Source of the DNA: Mobula hypostoma
Lineage: Eukaryota
DNA: 64,000 nt
NCBI RefSeq assembly: GCF_963921235.1
Contig: NC_086097.1
Location: forward strand, 115,880,001-115,944,000
Direction of reading: 5' to 3'
Shown: piece by piece, positions 1 through 10,339 of the stretch
Layout of the letters: each line of letters starts with the position of its first letter
Position numbering within the stretch: the first letter of the stretch is position 1
Program-made: the position numbers and the translations under genes
The notes under the pieces: generated by a model
The model's input: only the letters and a program-made list of their open reading frames with translations
The model's database searches: none
What the model was told of the DNA's origin: nothing

Positions 1-256
1 CGATTTCCAGCATCTGCAGATTTTCTCTTGTCTGTGATTGAACATTCAACAGTTATAAAAATTATATAAAAATAAACTTAAATGTTAAAGTACAGACATG
101 GAATAAAATGTGCATAAATACATAAATACCAGCATGTATTTACAATGTAAACAGTATTATAACAACAGGAATTCTGCAGATGCTGGAAATTCAAGCAACA
201 CACATAAAAGTTGCTGGTGAACGCAGCAGGCCAGGCAGCATCTCTAGGAAGAGGTG

Positions 257-293
257 CAGTCGACGTTTCAGGCTGAGGCCCTTCGTCAGGACT
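257..293 (-). ncRNA. Minimal type-I hammerhead ribozyme motif (PLE-associated)
   Basis: Minus strand reads AGUC CUGACGA A GGGC-CUCA-GCCU GAA ACGU C GACUG: core, stem II, palindromic ACGU stem III, GUC site, stem I AGUC/GACU. Confidence 0.7.
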
Positions 294-373
294 AACTGAA
301 GGAAGATTGAGTAAGGGAGACTAACTGAAGGAAGAGTGAGTAAGGGAGACTAACTGAAGGAAGAGTGAGTAAG
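290..373. repeat. Tandem 29-bp repeat, about 3 units
   Basis: GACTAACTGAAGGAAGAGTGAGTAAGGGA units at 290-318 (one mismatch), 319-347, 348-373 (partial); no spacers. Confidence 0.9.
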
Positions 374-411
374 TGAGTGAGTCAAATTCCTTACTCACTC
401 TTCCTTCAGTT

Positions 412-448
412 AGTCCTGATGAAGTGTCTCGGCCTGAAACGTCGACTG
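412..448 (+). ncRNA. Hammerhead motif copy with mutated stem II
   Basis: AGUC CUGAUGA A GUGUC-UC-GGCCU GAA ACGU C GACUG; core intact, stem II has a mismatch. Confidence 0.55.
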
Positions 449-984
449 CACCTCTTCCTAGAGATGCTGCCTGGTCTGCTGTGTTCACCAGCAACTTTTA
501 TGTGTGTTACAGTATTATAACAAGTGGTTTAAAGTGTTTACAGTGCAGTGCCATGATGGAGGTAATGTATAGAGGGTGGTAGGGTTGGCTAACCAGAATG
601 GTTGATCAGATTAACTGCCAGAGGGAAGAAACTTCTAAGTTGACATGTTTTGTTTTTGTTCTAATAGCCCTATGGCACTTTCTAGGAGGGAGCTTTAGGA
701 AACGGCAGCTTGCAGAGTGGGTAGGGTCGGCAATGATTTTTCTGGCCTGTTTCTTTCTTTGTCCGGGACGCATACAATTCCTGCAATGTTTGGTAAACCT
801 GCAGCTTATGACCTTTGCAGCTGATCTAACCATTCCTTGGGGTCACCAGGTCTGTAAATGATCATACCTACTGATGTTTGCTTCAGAAATGACAAAGCCA
901 CATTTTATTCTTGTAGCCATCCCTGCTGGAAATGGAGGTACTAAAAAGATTTTTTATACATTCTACAATAAATATTAATGACGG

Positions 985-1335
985 TAAGACCATAAGATAT
1001 AGGAGCAGAATTAGGCCATTTGGCCCATCGAGTCTGCTGATCCATTTCCCTCTCAGCCCTAATCTCTTGCCTTCTCCCCGTATCCCTTCCTGCCCTGACT
1101 AATCAAAGATCTATCAACCTCTGCCCTAAATACACCCAATCACTTGGCCTCCACAGATATCTATGGGAACAAATTCCACAGATTCACCACTTTCTGGTTA
1201 AAGAAATTCCTCTTCATCTCCATTCTAAATGGACGTCCCTCTATTCTGAGCCTGTGTCCTCTGGTCCTAGACTCCTCCACGATTCTCTCCACATGCAGTC
1301 TATTGAGGCCTTTCAACATTTAGAAGGTTTCAATG
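985..1335 (-). mobile_element. CR1 LINE 3' end fragment
   Basis: Minus strand encodes remnant ..GRPFRMEMKRNFFNQKVVNLWNL.. and ends in the GGCCAAATGGCC tail plus TCTTATGG-type repeats. Confidence 0.75.
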
Positions 1336-1599
1336 ACCTTCTAAATCTGTAAAAAACATGAAAACCTTCAGCACACAAAGAAGATTGAATTTGTTTTGCT
1401 GATGCTATTGATATACTGGGCTAAATATCAGATATGCACAGTCTGATAGTAGTTGAAACCAAGCCTGATATAAAGGTCATGGTCACTGCTATATTTCACT
1501 TTACACCGTAATCTACCTGTGCTACTATTGTTGATGAAATACTCGTGTCATTTCATTTTTCATACATCTTTCGAGGTGCTCATTGCTTATTTGCCTTCA

Positions 1600-1925
1600 A
1601 GAGGACCACAATCATGTTGTAAGGTTTTGAAGGCTGGCGTGCTTCAATGACACAGAGAGCGATAATGGCTGGAGTGAGGGCCTTGTGCTTTGTCTCTAGG
1701 TCAGGTCACCCATACCAAAAAGGTCAAAAGTTAGAGGGCAGACTAAGAGTGGTCATCCAGTCCACCAAGTTTGGGTGCTCAGTTCGGGGCAAGCAAACCT
1801 GATTGGTCAAAAAAATTGTTAAGGAATATCAATGAAGAATCCTTCTTTATCTGTGTGTGACAGAATGGACAGACAGTGATGGGAGAGCTTTGTTGCTGCC
1901 CTAAACGCCTGCAGAATAATCGGCA
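1600..1925 (+). mobile_element. Internally deleted RTE-clade (Expander-like) derivative, 5' UTR joined to 3' end
   Basis: GGACCAC..GGCTGGCGTGCTTCAATGA..GGTCACCCATACCAAA..CAGACTAAGAGTGGTC resembles RTE/Expander 5' UTRs (recognised from memory); ends in an RTE-like FVAALNA coding remnant. Confidence 0.5.
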
Positions 1926-2519
1926 AGCCCCACTCCCCCTGTACCCTTGCTTACTTGGTTCCTTCTGGGTATTACGTTTGGCAGCCAGCTGAACGTTCCC
2001 AATAGTACCTGGCAGGTTCAAATGGAACTGTGGTGTTCAGCCACTTAACCAGAAATAAGCGGATCCATTCCAAATTTTGTGTGTGATAGATGTTGCTCCA
2101 TATCTCATAATGCACCATTTCTGGACTCCACATGACGCCCTTTCAGACACCTGTTTATTTCAATAGGAATTCTTACCCTGCAGAATAGGGCAAATACAGT
2201 ACATACTTACTGTTAAATTACTCAGCTGATATTTAGTTATTGCTCATTTCTACATAACTTTTCTTTATTTTTGAAAGATTTTATAAATAATTACATTAAT
2301 TTTAATATAAAAAGCTTCACAGCCATGATGGAAGGTAAAGTTCCATCCCTAACCATCACCACTGACAAAATCCATTAGTGCCCACACTGAGACAACAGAA
2401 TGTAGGTGGGTGGTCAGTGATACCGGGAGGAGGGACAGAACTGGTACAGTAGGAGATGATGCCACAACATCTTTAGCTATCATAACAAACCTAAAATCAA
2501 TAACTAAATAACATGATAA

Positions 2520-2655
2520 GCATAAGAGGTTCTGCAGATGCTGGAAATCCAGAGTAACGCACACAAAATGCTAGAGGAACTCGCCAGGTCAGGCAACATC
2601 AATGGAAATGAATAAAGAGCTGAGTTTCAGGCTGAGACCCTCCATCAGGACAAAA
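2520..2655 (-). mobile_element. Degraded PLE terminal fragment
   Basis: TCTGCAGATGCTGGAAATCC..CACAAAATGCT..GGAACTC terminus plus decayed hammerhead. Confidence 0.7.
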
Positions 2656-4539
2656 CTAAGCTTTGCCATTATTTTCTAGCATAGCATTTTACTCTTCTCC
2701 AACTCTTCCCTCATTAGTATGAGAATGCATTACTTCAGTAGCCCTTTGTTCACGTGACACTTGATGCATATTTATTTGATTTGAGGCTGCAGTGCCAGTG
2801 AGTGATTGGCAGCAAGCCATGGACATGGCCTTCTGGTATTTTCATTGCTGGTGCAGCAAGAACCTTCAAGGACCATTCTCTAATTTCCAAACTATCTGTC
2901 TTCAATAAGTACCAATGGGGTGGTCAAAGAGGACAGAAAAGGATCCAAGAAATAAGGCAGGGAGGATACAAATCAGTATATAACAGGCATATCTCTATTT
3001 TCACTTCAAGTTCTCAGTTTTCAATTGAAGTCTCTCCTGCAAGGTGATCCTTTTCTTCTCAGCAATCTGGTCTTGTCGCGTGCATCCTTGGTTACAGTGC
3101 TGGAACAATTTGATTTGAGAATTTCTGATGATCTATTGTTTGGCACCAAAGCTTTGTTGCCACTAATCCCCTGGCATTCTTTCACATATGACTTTGTTAA
3201 TAAATGCACATTTCAAAGGTTAATAGGGATAATACATTTCTGAAGATTAAGTCTCCATAACTCACAAACATTTTGGAAGGTCCTGGCACTTACAAATTTT
3301 TCATTTGCACACTAGGATTATTCATGGTCATTCAGAGGATAGCATTATTCATAATATGTTATTGTATTAAACGTTAAACATCTTGATTGTCCTTTCATGA
3401 TTGGTCTTAAGTAATTGCCTTGGACTACATCTAATTTATTGGGAAGCTCTTAAAGACTTCATAAGCAATAAGAGAAAATCTGCAAAACTAATTGTCGAGC
3501 AGAATTATACCCTGAGAGCTTATAGAATCAAATAATAATTATGATTCAGAAAGAGGCAATTCAGTGTATCATCTCCATGCTAATTGTAACATAGTTACCC
3601 AGCCTTACCCACCTCCCAGCACTAGTTCCCTAGTCCTCAGGGCTATGGTTCTGCAGTGCACATCCAAATATTGTTTAAACATGTTGAAGTTTTCTTTGTC
3701 TACCACCCTTTCAGGCAGAATCAGATTCAGCTTCCGATTTATTTTTTCATATGTACATTGAAAGCTGCAGTAATATTGGGTATCTGTGTTAACAACCAAT
3801 ACACCTAAGGTTGTGCTGCTAGGAGCAGACTGCAAGCGATGTCACATATTCTATAGCATGCCCACAAGGTTCAGCAGAACATCACAAGCAGCAATGCCAA
3901 TGAAAACAATAAAGTAAGAGAACAACAGAAAATGATGCCCAAACACACAGACAGGCCTCCAGTTGCACGTCAGCCCACCACCAGGCATCCAGTCCTTGGC
4001 CCCAGACTCTCAGAATTACAGACATTCAGCCTCAAATCTCCAGTCCCTGGCCCATACTCAGAGACATCAACTCTCTGATCTCTTGACAAGCAATCCAGGG
4101 ACTTGGACTTCAGGCTTCTATCTCCAGACTCACTGTGCATTGGACTTTGACCTTCCATGTTGCCCTCCAAACGTCACCAACCTTTGGATGTCAACCCCAG
4201 GACTCTCCGATCATGGGTTTGGCTTCTGGGTCTCAAACTTCCAGATTTGTATGGAGTTCCAACCCTGGTAAATGGGGTCAATGGTCCTTGTTACTCTCAG
4301 CTGTGTGGACCTCTGACTGGGTGCCGCTCTGGGGCTCACAGATCTCATCAGTGCCTGCTGACTCAACCTCAGGATCAATGACATACAAAAGTGTCATGCT
4401 CCAACCTGGACTCTGAACACCAGCTCCTGCTCCTGACTCTTCATTTACTGCCCCAATCTCTAACTCAACCAAGTCCCTAATCTGACCCTTAACCCTCACA
4501 CTGTCCTAAAACCATCACAATGAACCTAAAACACTGGAA

Positions 4540-5180
4540 GATCCAGTTTCTTACTACCTTCTGGATGAAGAGAAATTTCCTAATCTCATCTCTAATCTTT
4601 CTAGCAATCATCTTAAATCTAATTCATCTGCATTTAACCCTTCTACTGAGGAAAGGCCCATCTTTTTTATTCTAGGCCCTAATTTAAGTCCCTTGGAATG
4701 CAGGACAACTGTGTAAATCATCTCTTCCCCTCTACAGAGCAATTTAATTTATACTTAATGACCAGACATGTACACAAGAATCAAGCTCTCACTAGTGTTG
4801 TATACAGTTCTTGTATAACCCGTTTTCCTTTATGTTCTACACGCCAGCTAATAAAAGAAAACATCCTAAATGCCATTTATCTGTCCTGCTACCTTGAAAG
4901 ATCAATGGACACACATCCAAACGTCTTTTTGCTTCCTGAACCGCTCAACATCCTCGCCTTTATTGTGAATCATCTTGCCCTGTTCCACCTCTCTAAATGT
5001 ATTACCTCATGCTCATTTCACCAAATTCCATTTGCCAATTTTCTGCCCGACTGACCAGACTACCCAGACCCTTCCATTGTCTAAAGCTTTCTTCCTCATT
5101 TTTAAATCCACTGCCAATTTTGGTATCATCTGTAACCATTTTTATGGAGCCCATCCAGTTGTATCGTTGACATACATTAC
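4540..5180 (-). mobile_element. Old CR1 RT/3' remnant
   Basis: Minus ORF 5002-5184 DDTKIG..AENWQMEF. Confidence 0.65.
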
Positions 5181-5184
5181 GCAT

Positions 5185-5520
5185 AATATGATGTATTGGA
5201 CTTCATGAGTCACGGGATTTGAGTTCAACAGCTGTGAGGTAATAGCGCAGCTCTCTAAAGCCCTGGTTAGGTCACATTTAGAATATTGTGTTCAGTTCTA
5301 GTCACCTCATTATAGGAAGGATGTAGAAGCTTTAGAGAAGATGTAACAGAGATTTAACAAGATGCTGCCTGGATTAGAGAAGTTGTCTTATGAGGATAGA
5401 TTGAACAAGCTTGGGATTTTCTCTTTGGAGGGAAGGACAATGAGACGGGACTTGATAATGGTGTACAAGATGTTAAGAAGCACAGATCGAGTAGATAGCC
5501 ACGGACGTTTCCCTATGGAC
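5185..5520 (+). mobile_element. CR1 ORF2 C-terminal remnant
   Basis: ORF 5362-5562 MLPGLEKLSYEDRLNKLGIFSLE. Confidence 0.75.
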
Positions 5521-5699
5521 TTTTCAAATGTTTCGCCAGTCTGCCATGTAGGACCTCAATAAAGTCAGCATAGGTAATATCAAATACACTACTCTCATTC
5601 ACTTTGCCTTTTATCCCCTCAAAAATTCAGTCAAGTTAGCCAGACATAAGTAACCTTAAACCTAACCCTAAACCTTACTAAAGGTTTGCTGCAATGGAT

Positions 5700-6900
5700 T
5701 AAACATGGATTTAACTGAAGGACTATGCTCACTGAGTCTTGCCGCCTCCCTCTGTAACTAGATCCTGGACTTCTGAACAGAAAGGTCACAGTCAGTCCAT
5801 GTGGGTAGCAATGTCTGTAGTCCCATGATGCTGAGCACTGGTGCCCCACGGGGCTGTGTGCTCTGCCCACTGCCGTTCACGCTGAGGGTACATGACTCCG
5901 TTGCAGGATTCAGCTCAAACTGTGTCATCAAGTTTGCGGATGACAAAACAGTGGTTGGCCTCATCAACAAATATGTTGAGTCAGAGTATAGAGAGGAAGG
6001 AGAGCAGCTGGTGGACTGGAGTGAGATCAACAACCTAGGTCTCATTGTGGACTTTCGGAAAGTTCAGATGAGCCATCCCCCTCTGCGCATACGTGGCTCC
6101 TCCATAGAGAGAGTTAAATACACCAAGTTCCTGAGAGTTCACACCATGAATATCCTCACCTGGTCCCTGAATATCACCACCCTGAATAAGAAGACACAGC
6201 AGTGCCTCCAGTTCCTGAAGAAATTGAGTCAAGTGAGGCTGCCCTAACCCCCATTTGAACTGAAATTTACAGGAGCATCATTGAGAGAATCCTGATAAAC
6301 TGCACCTCCATCTGGTATGGGAGCAGCTGAGATTCAGACCACAAAGGCACCCGTTAGTCTTGCGAGACCATGGATCTGTGCCTGGAAAGTCTTCATTCTC
6401 CAGGGCGCAGGCCTGGGCAAGATTGTTTGGAAGACCGGCAGTTGCCCATTCTGCAAGTCTCCCCTCTCCACGACACCGATGTTGTCCAAGGGAAGGGCTA
6501 GGGTCGATACAGCTTGGCACCAATGTTGTCGCAGAGCACTGTGTGGTTAAGTGCCTTGCTCAAGGACACAACAGCTTGCCTCGGTTGGGGCTCAAACTCA
6601 TGACCTTCAGGTCACTAGTCGTATGCCTTAACCACTTGGCCATGTGCCCATACAAAGGATTGTGAGAATGGTCAAGAGGATCACAAAGGTCACCCAACCA
6701 TCCATCGGGGACATTTATCAGGAGCACTGCGTACATAGGATCCCACACAACCATTCAGCATCCTCTTTGACTTTCTGCCATCAGGCAGGAGACTGTGATG
6801 CATAAAGTCAAGACTGGTCAGGATGGGAAACAGCTTCTTCCCTCAGGCCACTTGGCTTCTGAACTCCCTGCCGCATCACATTCGAAGTGTCACTGGATAA
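5700..6900 (+). mobile_element. Rex1/Babar LINE RT fragment, interrupted by a SINE
   Basis: ORF 5801-6247 STGAPRGCVLCPL..IKFADDKTVVGLI.. Confidence 0.8.
6348..6651 (-). mobile_element. tRNA-headed SINE inserted in the Rex1 copy
   Basis: Minus strand starts GGGCACATGGCCAAGTGGTTAAGGC (A box) .. GAGTTTGAGCC (degenerate B box); ACAAAGG direct repeat at 6341-6347 and 6652-6658. Confidence 0.75.
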
Positions 6901-6947
6901 TTTGTACCATACCCTTCAATACTTAATTTATGCACTTTACTTTATTT

Positions 6948-8370
6948 AGAAACATAGAAACATAGAAAAACCTACAGCACAATACAGGCCCTTCGGGCCA
7001 CAAAGTTGTGCCAAACATATCCCTACCTTAGAAACTACTAGGCTTACACATAGCCCTCTTTTTTCTAAGCTTCATGTACTTATCCAGAAGTCTCTTAAAA
7101 GGCCCTATCATATCCGCCTCCACCCCCATTGCTGGCAGCCCGTTCCACGCACTCACCAATCTCTGAGGAAAAAACTTACCCCTGACATCTCCTCTGTACC
7201 TGCTCCCCAGCGCCTTAAACCTGTGTCCTCTTGTGGCAACTATTTCAGCCCTGGGAAAAAGCCTCTGACTATCCACATGATCAATGTTTCTCATCATCTT
7301 ATATACCTTTATCAGGCCACCTCTCATCCTCCGTCGCTCCAGGGAGAAAAGGCCAAGTTCACTCAACCTGTTTTCATAAGGCATGCTCCCCAATCCAGGC
7401 AACATCCTTGTAAATATCCTCTGCACCCTTTCTATGGTTTCCACATCCTTCCTGTAGTGAGGCCACCAGAACTGAGCACAGTACTCCAAGTGGGCTCTGA
7501 AGGGCGTGCTATATAACTGCAACATCACCTCTCGGCTCCTAAATTCAAATCCACAGTTAATGAAGGCCAATACACCGTATGCCTTCTTAACCACAGCGTC
7601 AACCTGCGCAGCTGCTTTGCACGTCCTATGGACTCGGACCCTAAGATTCCTCTGATCCTCCACACTGCCAAGGGTCTTACCATTAATACTATATTCTGCC
7701 ATCATATTTGACCTCCCAAAATGTACCACTTCACACATGTGAGTCCTCACGAAGGGTCTCGGGTCCAAAACGTTGACTGTACTCTTCCTAGAGATGCTGC
7801 CTGGCCTGTTGCATTCACTAGCAACTTTTACGTGTGTTGCTTGAAATTCCAGCATCTGCAGATTTCCTCGTGTTTGCACTTCACACTTATCTGGGTTGAA
7901 CTCTATCTGCCACTTCTCAGCCCAGTTTTGCATCCTATCAATGTCCCACTGTAACCTCTGACAGCCCTCCACACTATCCACAACACCTCCAACCTTTGTG
8001 TCATCAGCAAACTTACTAACCCATCCCTCTACTTCATTATCCAGGTCATTTATAAAAATCACAAAGTGTATGGGTCCCAGAACAGATCCCTGAGGCACAC
8101 CACTGGTCACTGACTTCCATGCAGAATATGACCCGTCCACAACCATTCTTTGCCTTCTGTAGGCAAGCCAGTTCTGGATCCACAAAGCAATGTCCCCATG
8201 GATCCCATGCCTCCTTACTTTCTCAATAAGCCTTGCATGGGGTACCTTATCAAATGCCTTGCTGAAATCCATAAACACTATATCTACTGCTCTCCCTTCA
8301 TCAATGTGTTTCGTCGCATCCTCAAAAATTTCAATCAGTCTCGTGAGGCACGATCTGCCCTTGACAAAAC
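6948..8370 (-). mobile_element. 5'-truncated CR1 LINE (RT to 3' tail) carrying an in-frame PLE-end insertion
   Basis: ORF 7028-8278 DFSKAFDKVPH, QGSVLGP, FADD; (TTCTATGT)n tail at about 6948-6966. Confidence 0.9.
7737..7876 (+). mobile_element. 140-bp PLE terminal fragment with 10-bp TSD
   Basis: CACTTCACAC at 7727-7736 and 7877-7886; runs from a decayed hammerhead to the PLE terminus ATTTCCTCGTGTTTG. Confidence 0.85.
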
Positions 8371-9004
8371 CTTGAGATTTGTTTATGTGTAATTCATATA
8401 TAGATTTAATTTGTACTTTCCTAAGTTATTGTGTGCTACATGTGTGTCATGCATTCTACTGTGCTTTACACCCTGTCCAGGGAAACATTATCTCATTTGG
8501 TGGTATGTAGTACATGTATATAATTAAATGACAATAAACTTGATTTGACTTGAGTATATGTCCTTCAGAATGGATTTCACTAATCTGTCTAATACTGAAG
8601 TTTAGCTACCTAGCCTCCTAGCTACAACTTATAAACCTCGTACAGTTTATCCTAGTGTTCTTTTTTAAACAAGTAAGCCCCAAAATCAATTGAAGGCCAA
8701 TTGTTCCAGTACATCTGTGTTGAAGGGAAAAGCTCTGAAGCAACAATAATTATTTTCATTCAGATATATCTACAGAGAGTCTTTTGGTCCTTTGGGTTGG
8801 CAGTCTACATCCTGGCTCCTTCTTAGGGGTAAGCATGTTCTTCATTTGTTGATCCATAGATGCTGTTTGACCTGCTGTTCCTCCAGAGATTTGTTACTCT
8901 GGATCTTCGCCATCTACAGAATCTCTTCTACTCTTCATTGGTTCTTTACATTTTTTTTTGTTCAATTTGAAGCTTTGAAGGGTTGCTGATGAGATCTGTG
9001 TTTA

Positions 9005-9288
9005 GTATTTATTTACTGAGATGCAGCACAGAGTAGGCCCTTCTGGGCCTTCGAGGCACGCCGCTCAGCAATCCCTGATGTAATGCCAGCCTAATCACGG
9101 GACAGTTTTTACAATGAACCTACCAACCGCTATGTCTTTAGGCTGTGGGAGGAAATCGGAGCACCCAGAGGAAACCCACGTGGTCACGGGGAGAACAAAG
9201 AAATTCCTTATGGGCAGTGGTGGGAATTCAACCCGGGTCACTGGTACTGTAAAGCATTGTGCTGACCACTACACTACCCTGCTACCCC
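9005..9288 (-). mobile_element. HE1-like V-SINE
   Basis: Minus strand has a tRNA-like head, V-domain core GTGGGTTTCCTCTGGGTGCTCCGATTTCCTCCCACA and a CR1-like AAGGGCCT tail. Confidence 0.8.
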
Positions 9289-9454
9289 GACATATTCTGG
9301 TCTCAAGTGTATCAGAAGTTCTGAATATGCCATAAAGAATATTCAAGTGATTTTATTGCAATGTTGCTCTGTAATGCTATCAGTAATGTTACCCTATGCC
9401 TTTCACTTCTAGCCTCCAAGACTGTTATCGTTCAATGCTGGTCTCTCCAGAAAG

Positions 9455-9706
9455 AAAGTGTAGCGGCTAGCATGACACTATTACAGCTCAAGGTATCCTG
9501 GAGTTCAGAATTCAACTCAGGCATCGTCTTAAGAAGTTTGAACCGCATGGGTTTCCTCTCACTGTCTAAAGACAAACTGGTTAGTAGGTTAATTAGTCAT
9601 TTTAAATTGTCCTGTGATTAGGGTAGTGTTCAATAGGTGGGTTGCTGGACAGTGCAGCTCGAGGGGCCTGTTTTACACTGTACCTCTAAAAATAAAAATA
9701 AAAATA
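9455..9706 (+). mobile_element. Degraded HE1-like V-SINE
   Basis: GTAGCGGCTAGC..GAGTTCAGAATTCAACTC..GGGTTTCCTC..GGGCCTGTT, ending in AAAAAT repeats. Confidence 0.65.
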
Positions 9707-10339
9707 AAGCAAGAACTTGCTGGTAATGCAAAAGTTAATGACATTATCTTAACACTAACTAAATATATAAACTAGACTGGGTTTCTTCAGACAAATCTCA
9801 GAGAGAATGCAAACTTTGCACTGACCTTTTTAGGAAGAGACATTCCACAGAGGAGTAAAAAAACTCAGCTGCGAGAAAGAATACAGAAATTTCTACGAGT
9901 CCTTTTGGTCCTTAAACATGTATAAATTAACTAACTAAGATTACAGATAGAATTATTATTATGTTAAGTGTATATTCGTCTTCTTAAAGGAATAATTTAA
10001 ATGAAATGAGGTATTAAAGTAACAAAATTAAATGAGTCATCTGTATTGTTCTTACAAAAGATTATTTAAAATAATTACTTCTATTTAAAAAGAAAGAAAT
10101 GCTGGGCATTGTAGAGTGTCTGGGAATTCATATGTAGTTAAGCAGTCATTGACATAGCTAACTCAAATTAAACTCAGTGGAACATCCTGAGGTTTGGAAC
10201 TACCTATAGGAAAGGTAGCCAATCTACAGCAAAATTACATGATATTTGAACTGTTGGGGAGCTGATTAAGACAAATGGAAAATTGTGCTGCATCTGGAAA
10301 TGAGATATATTACAAAATTTCATGATATTTTGCCAGTTT

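Larger units (their letters stand above)
166..508. mobile_element. Short fold-back Penelope-like element end (two inverted PLE termini) with 15-bp TSD
   Basis: ACAGTATTATAACAA at 151-165 and 509-523; left part is the reverse complement of the right part; same terminal sequence as the GIY-YIG-bearing copy at 20786-22144. Confidence 0.85.
40..850 (-). mobile_element. Degraded Rex1/Babar-like LINE 3' fragment, interrupted by a PLE fold-back insertion
   Basis: Minus ORF 606-833 (..KARKIIADPTHSASCRFLKLPPRKCHRAIRTKTKH..) resembles the C-terminus of the Rex1-type ORFs elsewhere in the window (IIKDPxHP..FxLLPSGRR); boundaries approximate. Confidence 0.6.

Noticed and set aside
290..373. 29-bp direct repeats resembling a CRISPR array
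   Set aside because: Units are head-to-tail with no spacers, derive from PLE UTR sequence, and the context is eukaryotic with no cas genes.
3021..3243. Overlapping sense and antisense ORFs in unique sequence
   Set aside because: Short, no convincing splice or start context, no recognisable family.
6580..6651. tRNA gene, and similar heads at about 9230-9288, 12580-12650 and 13120-13177
   Set aside because: Degenerate B boxes, no full cloverleaf, and each continues into a SINE body.
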